Assembly (NCBI RefSeq): GCF_000014265.1
Contig: NC_008312.1
Coordinates: 2,700,001 to 2,732,000, forward strand
Direction: 5' to 3'
From: Trichodesmium erythraeum IMS101
GTDB lineage: Bacteria > Cyanobacteriota > Cyanobacteriia > Cyanobacteriales > Microcoleaceae
DNA: 32,000 nucleotides
In this document: piece by piece, positions 26,014-32,000 of the stretch
How the letters are laid out: each line of letters begins with the position of its first letter
Position numbering within the stretch: position 1 is the first letter of the stretch
Translations under genes and position numbers: made by a program
The notes under the pieces: model-generated
The model's database searches: none
Told to the model about the DNA's origin: nothing
The model's input: the letters and a program-made list of their open reading frames with translations, nothing else

Positions 26014-26042
26014 TTTAGCAATTCTGAAGACTCTGATATAAT
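26014..26042 (+). promoter_or_regulatory. Predicted promoter of ATPase cassette 2 (TTTAGC-N17-TATAAT)
   Basis: tttagc (26014-26019), a 17-nt spacer, then tataat (26037-26042), 43 nt before the G4 ATG. Same position and flanking sequence as the G1 upstream element. Confidence 0.4.
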
Positions 26043-26085
26043 ATGAAATTATAGTCAAGCTAAAAGTAAAATAGTTGATCCAATT

Positions 26086-27363
26086 ATGCCACGCAATCAA
26101 TTTTATCCCGATAAATCTGTTCCTCCAGAAAAATTTGTAGGTAGAACATCTGAACTATCCACGATTTTTGACAAAATTAATAGTCGCGATCATGTTGCTA
26201 TTTTTGGTAGTTCTGGTATGGGTAAAACATCTTTGCTTCAATATATAGAAAACTCTAAATTTTGGGAAGAAAGAGACTTAGATTTTTCAGAAGCTTTGAT
26301 TGTTTATCACAACTGCGAGCTTTCAGTTATAGATAGTTTTTGGCAAGAAGTCCTCAGAACATTAATAGATAAAGCTACAGGTGATCAAGATTTAGTGAGT
26401 AAGATTAATGCTTTATTAGGGTTGGAGAAAATAGAAATAACAGATATACGGGAGCTTCTCAGAGAGATTGGGAAAAGAGGTAAGTTTTTATTATTATTAT
26501 TAGATGACTATCATAGAATACTTGGTACACGAGAAGAGTATCCGGAAAACCAGGGAAAAAAATCTAAAAAAGTGCTGACTTTTTTAAGTGAGTTGCGTAA
26601 CCTAGCAGTTCATAATAGAGAAGGTCAATATTTCTCAACTATTGTTGCTACGTTTCAAAAGTTGCATGAACTAGGTCCAACAATTGTTCCTGGTGGTTCT
26701 CCTTGGTATAATCATTATGCCTATCTACCTTTAAAACCTTTTTGTAAAAGCGATATTGAGGGTCATTTTTTTAATCGCGATAGTCATTTTTTCATTTCAG
26801 ATGCTCCGAAAGAAGAAGTTTTAAAAATGACTGGTGGGTATCCAGCGTTACTTCAGTTTACAGGTTATATATTTTCTCGCTTGGAACCAGTTAATGTTGA
26901 TACTCTGAATACAATGTTAAAAAACGATGCTGATAGAATTTTTCAGGATGTCTGGAACAATTTTGAAAAAAATGAGCAAGAAATTTTGCAGTTAATTTTA
27001 ATTGATAAATATAAGGGTAAATTCAGGGAAATTTCTTATTCTATTGCTGGCATAGAAAAAGAGTTTATTCGCAATATTAGCATATTGAAGAGTCTTGAAG
27101 AAAAAGGATTTATCAGTCAGGTTAAACAAGCAAATAAATATAGTTTTACTTCTTCTTTAATGGAAGATTTTATTGGTGATCAACTTGCAGAAAAAAATGT
27201 TTCAAACGCTAAAGACCGCAAGATAGTGATTAATTTATTTATTATCAAGATTACTCTTGGACTATGGAAGAAAGTTAAAGAAAAAATACAGCCTGTTACT
27301 AAGTTCATATCACCTCTTGCTAAAATCATCGATTTAATCGCTAACAAAATAGAAGGCAAATAA
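26086..27363 (+). CDS. STAND/ATPase_2-like P-loop NTPase, type A (G4)
   Basis: 425 aa. Motifs are FYPDKSVPPEKFVGRTSEL, Walker A GSSGMGKTSL, FLLLLLDDY, LKPFCKSDI and TGGYPALLQFTGY. Collinear with G1. The distinct C-terminal ~50 aa are amphipathic/hydrophobic (IVINLFIIKITLGLWKKVKEK...). Confidence 0.8.
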   Translation: MPRNQFYPDKSVPPEKFVGRTSELSTIFDKINSRDHVAIFGSSGMGKTSLLQYIENSKFWEERDLDFSEALIVYHNCELSVIDSFWQEVLRTLIDKATGDQDLVSKINALLGLEKIEITDIRELLREIGKRGKFLLLLLDDYHRILGTREEYPENQGKKSKKVLTFLSELRNLAVHNREGQYFSTIVATFQKLHELGPTIVPGGSPWYNHYAYLPLKPFCKSDIEGHFFNRDSHFFISDAPKEEVLKMTGGYPALLQFTGYIFSRLEPVNVDTLNTMLKNDADRIFQDVWNNFEKNEQEILQLILIDKYKGKFREISYSIAGIEKEFIRNISILKSLEEKGFISQVKQANKYSFTSSLMEDFIGDQLAEKNVSNAKDRKIVINLFIIKITLGLWKKVKEKIQPVTKFISPLAKIIDLIANKIEGK

Positions 27364-27395
27364 TAGCAAACGTCTAGTTGGATGTAGTTTTGCAA

Positions 27396-28643
27396 ATGAG
27401 AAATTTAAAGGCTTTGATTAAAAATCCCTACACTGTTGGTCGCCCAATTTTTGAACCAGAAAACCTATTTGGACGAGAAACAATTTTAAGTTTTATTCAA
27501 GAACAACTGACTTCTGGGGCTAAAGTAATTCTATTGCATGGGCAAAGACGTATGGGCATGACTTCATTTATGAACTACATTGCTGAAGATGTTAGTTTAG
27601 ATGAATTTGTCTTTGTTCGACTGTCTCTAGAAGATAAATATAATAAATCTTTGGATAAAATATTATATGATTTAGCTAGAAATATTACTGATGAGTTGGG
27701 AATATCTAGAACCACCATAACTATTCCTAGTCAAGAAGATTTAAAGGTGGAAACACAAGATTTTGTTAATATTTTTATGCTTCAAGTTTACCAACAATTA
27801 AAGAGGAAAAATTTAGTTCTACTTCTTGATGAATTTGATATGTTATGGGACAATAGCTGTCAAGAAATTAACCCCTTTGTCAATTTCTTAATTTCAATTA
27901 TTAATCTACAAGAGAAATTATTTATAATTTTGTTTGTCGGAAGAGGGGAAACTAATCTAGAGTTTATCCAAGATTTATTCCGGGAAGTAGGAAAATTACC
28001 TCACCAAGAATTGGGGTTACTTGATAAGTGTAATACTATCAAGTTAGTTACTGAAATTCCTAGGGAAGCCACGAATTATAAGTACGATCCAGATGCAATT
28101 GAAAAAATCTGGGAATTATCGGGGGGACATCCTTACTATACTCAATTACTATGTTCTAATTTATTTCACCAAGCTAGAAATAAAGGCAAATGGAATGTGA
28201 GTTATCAAGATGTCCAAGGAGTTATAGATAAATCTTTGGAGCAAGGTGAACCTGCTTTTGTATCTCCTCTAGAAGTTTTATCTACTCAACAAAAATTAAT
28301 TTTGTCGGCAGTAGCTGAAGCACAAGAAAGAGCTACAAATTCAGAGCATATTGTTAGTCCATTGGTGATACTAGAAATGTATGATGTCAAGGTCACATCA
28401 AATTTAATAGAAGAACTAATAACAGCAGCAAAACATTTAGTTGATTTGAAGTTTATAGTGGAAATAGGAAAACAAAAATTCAGAAAAATCAGAGTTCCTA
28501 TCTATAAAGTTAGAATTGAATTGTTTCGACTTTGGTTATTAAAACAATGTCCATTAGACAAACAAAGAGATTTAATTAATGATTTATTTCCTAAGAAGCC
28601 CTGGATCCAGAGGCTTTGGTATATGGCCTTTTTAAATGAATAA
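27396..28643 (+). CDS. STAND/ATPase_2-like NTPase, type B', Walker A lysine replaced by Met (G5)
   Basis: The track ORF starts at a TTG (27378). The first ATG at 27396 gives MRNLKALIKNPYTVGRPIFEPENLFGRE. The P-loop reads GQRRMGMTS (ATG codon at 27558-27560 where GKT is expected). Other motifs are EFVFVRLSLEDK, LVLLLDEFD, SGGHPYYTQLLC and RIELFRLWL. Closest paralog is the N-terminal module of G2. Confidence 0.75.
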   Translation: MRNLKALIKNPYTVGRPIFEPENLFGRETILSFIQEQLTSGAKVILLHGQRRMGMTSFMNYIAEDVSLDEFVFVRLSLEDKYNKSLDKILYDLARNITDELGISRTTITIPSQEDLKVETQDFVNIFMLQVYQQLKRKNLVLLLDEFDMLWDNSCQEINPFVNFLISIINLQEKLFIILFVGRGETNLEFIQDLFREVGKLPHQELGLLDKCNTIKLVTEIPREATNYKYDPDAIEKIWELSGGHPYYTQLLCSNLFHQARNKGKWNVSYQDVQGVIDKSLEQGEPAFVSPLEVLSTQQKLILSAVAEAQERATNSEHIVSPLVILEMYDVKVTSNLIEELITAAKHLVDLKFIVEIGKQKFRKIRVPIYKVRIELFRLWLLKQCPLDKQRDLINDLFPKKPWIQRLWYMAFLNE

Positions 28644-28672
28644 TATTCAGATAATAACTAAACAATCTAATA

Positions 28673-30601
28673 ATGCAAACTAACAATCATTTATCCATAA
28701 ATCCTTATGTTTTTGGCAAACCAATTTATGAATACAACAACTTATTTGGTAGAAAAAATGATGTTGATAAAATTAAAGATCACATCATTAACAAAGATAT
28801 AAAAATAACTTTATTGCATGTCCAAAGACGTATTGGTAAAACTTCATTGATAACTTGTTTGCCTCAGTCTTTCACTGAGGAGCAGAATGGTGTTAAGTTT
28901 GTTACTTTTTCATTTCAAGGTTATAAAGATAAGCCAATCCCTGAAATACTAAATTATCTTGCTGATGAGATCGCTGGTACTATTCAACTTCCTCAAAAAG
29001 TAAGAGATCAGGCTGATACTACGCACAACTTTTTTGAACTTTTTTTGCCGAAAGTTATCGATCAATATTTGTCAGGTCAAAAGTTGGTTCTTCTCCTTGA
29101 TGAATTTGATGTTTTAGAAGAAAAAGATAAGAAAGGAAAAGTATTATTTGATTACTTAAAAAAAGCTGTTAAGGAACAAAAAAAACTATTTGCTATTCTG
29201 GTTTTTGGTAGACCCTTAAAGGATATGAAGTATCTAGAAACATTTTTACAAGAAGAAGGTCAAGAGACTATAGAAGTTGGTTTACTGGATTATGAAGGTA
29301 CACAAGATTTGATTGTTGAGCCACTTAAGAGAATACAGAGCGTATTTAGATATGAAAAAAGTGCAATAGATAGAATTTGGGAACTATCTGCTGGCCATCC
29401 TTCTTTGACACAACTGCTGTGCTCAAATGTTTTTGTTCATTGTAGGAATAAGCAACAGAGTGTAGTTCGGAAAGACGATGTAGACTCAATTTTAAGTCAA
29501 GCAATGGAAGAAGGCCAGGCAATATTACAAGGCTTTCTAGAGCCTTTAAGCGATATTGAAAAGTTATTTTTTTTTGCAGTAGCAGAAGCTCAAGAACAAG
29601 GCACAGACCCATTAAAGATTCTGAAAATAATACAAAAAACTACAATAACACCGGCAGATTTTAGAAGAGCACGAGAGCGTTTAATAGAGTTAGGCTTTGT
29701 AGAAAAAAATGGCAAAGGTCTTAAAATAAAAGTTGAATTAGTCCGGCTCTGGCTAATAGAAAAAAACCCCTTACCCAACAATAAACAGAGGAAACCGAAG
29801 GAAGGAAGAAAAAAGATCAAACGTCATATAACCTCAAGTCAACCCAACAGACCTAACCCAGTTGCACAATTCATTGCTTTTATTGCGTTGATAAGCGTTA
29901 TAGTTTTTATTGGACAGAAGTTACTCTCTAGGATTGATAGCTCCAAAAACTATGAACGCTTTCAGTCTGACTGTTACAGACTATCAGAGGAAATAAGCAA
30001 CGCTTTAGAAGAGAAAAAAGATACAACGCAGTTGCAAGTCATCAAAAAAGTTAGAACTGAATGGTCGAGAGAAAAAAAAGGCTTATTAGACAAACAATGC
30101 CCATATTCTTATGAACTAGATGCAAAATATAATGCATTACTACAGTACTATGGACAAAGTAAAGTAGATACTGGAAACTTTGATGAAGGTATAGAAGCAT
30201 TTTGTGAGATTACCAGTGAATACAAGAATTTTTCTGACATTAAAAAAATCTTTGAAAGATGGGTACTAATAGACAAAAGATTATCTAATGAAAGTACAAA
30301 AAGGGTGCTGAAGCAAATAATTAAGCAAAATCAATCAGGAAATGATTGCCTTGTTTATTCATTTAAAGACGATAGAAATAAAAATGATCTGTATGACCTG
30401 AAAGCTCAAGTTCATGCTGATGATTATGAGTATGGCGAAGCGGTCGAGTCATATTGCAAAATTACAGAAAACTATTATAAGTTTGAGACTGTTGTTAAAC
30501 AGCTAAAAAAATTGAAACGAGAAAATGTAGAGAAAGTAGAGGAAAAACTCAAAGAATTAAACGATCCGTGTCCAGCATTTCCTCCCTCACCAGACAATTA
30601 A
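28673..30601 (+). CDS. Type B'' NTPase module fused to a basic linker, one TM helix and a ~225-aa Cys-containing repeat domain (G6)
   Basis: 642 aa.
- aa 1-~365: collinear with G3 (LLHVQRRIGKTSLITCLPQ, LVLLLDEFD, SAGHPSLTQLLC, KVELVRLWL)
- linker and TM: KQRKPKEGRKKIKRH followed by the hydrophobic VAQFIAFIALISVIVFIGQKLL (nt 29861-29926)
- C-terminal domain: six Cys and an internal duplication (QCPYSYELDAKYNALLQYYG..GNFDEGIEAFCEITSEYKNF versus NDCLVYSF..DLYDLKAQVHADDYEYGEAVESYCKITENYYKF). Confidence 0.8.
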   Translation: MQTNNHLSINPYVFGKPIYEYNNLFGRKNDVDKIKDHIINKDIKITLLHVQRRIGKTSLITCLPQSFTEEQNGVKFVTFSFQGYKDKPIPEILNYLADEIAGTIQLPQKVRDQADTTHNFFELFLPKVIDQYLSGQKLVLLLDEFDVLEEKDKKGKVLFDYLKKAVKEQKKLFAILVFGRPLKDMKYLETFLQEEGQETIEVGLLDYEGTQDLIVEPLKRIQSVFRYEKSAIDRIWELSAGHPSLTQLLCSNVFVHCRNKQQSVVRKDDVDSILSQAMEEGQAILQGFLEPLSDIEKLFFFAVAEAQEQGTDPLKILKIIQKTTITPADFRRARERLIELGFVEKNGKGLKIKVELVRLWLIEKNPLPNNKQRKPKEGRKKIKRHITSSQPNRPNPVAQFIAFIALISVIVFIGQKLLSRIDSSKNYERFQSDCYRLSEEISNALEEKKDTTQLQVIKKVRTEWSREKKGLLDKQCPYSYELDAKYNALLQYYGQSKVDTGNFDEGIEAFCEITSEYKNFSDIKKIFERWVLIDKRLSNESTKRVLKQIIKQNQSGNDCLVYSFKDDRNKNDLYDLKAQVHADDYEYGEAVESYCKITENYYKFETVVKQLKKLKRENVEKVEEKLKELNDPCPAFPPSPDN

Positions 30602-30733
30602 TTAATATTGCTCCCTTGGATTTTCCCAAGAATTATCGCTACCTTGGAACTCTTCTTGAGGTACTACTTTAATTCCTTGCCTAAATACTCTAGCTATTTT
30701 CTTCAATAAGTTTCTTTCTTGAGACAAAATTCT

Positions 30734-32000
30734 TTATTTTCTAAGTATTTTTTCAAATAAGTATAAGGTAAGCCCAATAAATATCCAGATTATACAACTA
30801 ACTAAAAAAGTAGTGATAAAAACCACGCCCCATCCTGAAAATTGCCATTCTAATCGCTCCAAGAAATTATAAGTTTTCTCATAAACGATAGTGCCTCTGA
30901 GGCTAAAAGATACAGCAATAGTACCCCAGCATCCGCAAAAGAGATGAACAGGAATAGCCCCTAATGGATCCTCAAGTTTTATCCACTTTAAAAGTTTCCT
31001 AGTTAAAACGACAACCACTCCACTAACAGCACCTATAAAAATGGCAATAGGAATATCTACATAAGCAGCAGAAGCGGTTATCCCAACTAAGCCTCCTAAT
31101 ATACCATTAATTAGTGATGACAGATCTAGTTTTCCAATCTCTGAGTTGTTGCTAGATCTTTGAGAAAATAATGGGCTAAGTAATATAGCAATAATCCCGC
31201 CAGTTGCTGCAGACATAATAGTAGTTATGATAATATGACCTACTTCTTTGAGCTCGGTTGTTGAACCACCATTAAAGCCTAACCAACCTAACCAAAGTAT
31301 CAGACATCCGAGGGTAGCAGACGTCAAATTTCTTTGATCATAGGATTCCTTTTGACCCTGAGGAGAAAGTGCTTCCGAACCTTCATCCGTTTCTAAATCT
31401 TCCCAGGGATCATATCCAAGCCAAGACCATCTTGGCTTAAGTAATATAGCAACTGCTAAAGCAGCAGTTCCTCCCACAGTATGAACAACAGTAGATCCGG
31501 CAAAATCTATAAAGTTCAGTCCTTGCTTGAGCCAACCATATTCTGACCATACCCAATGACCGACAATAGGGTATAAAAATCCTACCAAAATAAAACTAAA
31601 GCAGAAAAATACCCAAAGTTTCATTTTTTCTGCAACTGCTCTAGAAACAATAGTAGCTGCAGTGCCAGCAAATGCTAATTGAAAGAAAAATATAGAGGCG
31701 ATAGAACGTTTAGGAAACTGACGCTGCAAACAAGAAAATCCTTTGCTAGGATAACCTAGGGGAGTATCATTTTTTGGCGGTAGAATAAATTGTGACTTTT
31801 GCTCGAACTCATTATATTCCATTGTTGGAGAAAAATGTCCGTGATAACTCTGTACTTTTTCATTCTTTTGCTCGAAGTTTCCCCTACAAGGAAGATGATA
31901 TGAGCTATCCCCAAACATCAAGCCAAAACCAAACATCCAAAAGGCGATCGCCGCCACACAAAAAACGATTAAGTTTTTTGCCAAGACATTAACAGAATTA
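30734..32000 (-). CDS. amt: Ammonium transporter (Amt/MEP family), divergent paralog; 5' end beyond the window
   Basis: Motifs are FWMFGFGLMFG, FFFQLAFAGTAATIVS.AVAE, FIDFAGSTVVHTVGG, LILWLGWLGFNGGS and GAIPVHLFCGCWGTIAV, so both pore His contexts are present. The track start at 31984 is a TTG. The frame stays open upstream (..NSVNVLAKNL) to nt 32000, so the true start lies outside the window. Confidence 0.85.
   Translation of the reverse strand, partial: NSVNVLAKNLIVFCVAAIAFWMFGFGLMFGDSSYHLPCRGNFEQKNEKVQSYHGHFSPTMEYNEFEQKSQFILPPKNDTPLGYPSKGFSCLQRQFPKRSIASIFFFQLAFAGTAATIVSRAVAEKMKLWVFFCFSFILVGFLYPIVGHWVWSEYGWLKQGLNFIDFAGSTVVHTVGGTAALAVAILLKPRWSWLGYDPWEDLETDEGSEALSPQGQKESYDQRNLTSATLGCLILWLGWLGFNGGSTTELKEVGHIIITTIMSAATGGIIAILLSPLFSQRSSNNSEIGKLDLSSLINGILGGLVGITASAAYVDIPIAIFIGAVSGVVVVLTRKLLKWIKLEDPLGAIPVHLFCGCWGTIAVSFSLRGTIVYEKTYNFLERLEWQFSGWGVVFITTFLVSCIIWIFIGLTLYLFEKILRK

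Noticed and set aside
20539-30601. Calling the ATPase array a known defence system (Avs, Gabija, PARIS, Septu and similar)
   Set aside because: None of the partner or effector domains that define those systems can be seen: no N-terminal nuclease/protease/TIR/SIR2 on the STAND proteins, no intact TOPRIM/DUF4435, no helicase, and no ABC-type ATPase signature. I cannot run the HMM searches needed to make or exclude such an assignment, so it is reported as unassigned.
30602-30733. Convergent-gene terminator between G6 and amt (cttgg-attttc-ccaag hairpin at ~30615-30630)
   Set aside because: The stem is only 5 bp with mixed composition and no clear U-tract on either strand. That is too weak to annotate.
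23216-31992. Antisense ORFs 23216-23476, 23969-24172, 27180-27395, 29346-29612, 29590-29820 (all minus) and 31792-31992 (plus)
   Set aside because: They are antisense to, or embedded in, the ATPase genes and amt. Such frames are AT-rich codon artefacts (K/N/I/F/L/S-rich) and none shows a motif.

Overview
Cyanobacterial chromosomal window, AT-rich with an unusually large ORF-free fraction. I count 10 perfect HIP1 octamers (GCGATCGC). The architecture resembles Trichodesmium-type genomes, but that is inference only.

Left third (1-7417, all minus strand): two tandem paralogs of a large FG-GAP/VCBS seven-blade plus Calx-beta repeat protein. A 1.7-kb hierarchical tandem-repeat field separates them from surE. 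It consists of heptamer (STRR-like) tracts punctuated by a ~30-nt core that is a copy of the paralogs' promoter -35 region. This field has also captured two copies of the surE 3' end.

Middle (7.7-19.1 kb): a decayed IS607-type tnpA and a SAM-dependent methyltransferase. They are followed by the aa3-type cytochrome c oxidase genes ctaC-ctaD-ctaE (minus strand). These are divergent from the heme A/heme O synthesis genes ctaA and ctaB (plus strand) across a 1.77-kb ORF-free AT-rich spacer.

Right third: a decayed IS200/IS605 tnpA and other gene debris, then a 10-kb HIP1-free, co-directional array of six STAND/ATPase_2-like P-loop NTPase genes. They form a twice-repeated three-gene cassette (types A, B', B'') with module-specific fusions:
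- a B'-TPR-A fusion protein
- a B' copy with the Walker A lysine replaced by Met
- a B'' copy fused to a transmembrane helix and a Cys-containing repeat domain

No recognisable effector domain is present. This cassette is my best candidate for an undescribed system. The window ends in a convergent, divergent Amt ammonium transporter gene whose 5' end lies beyond the window.
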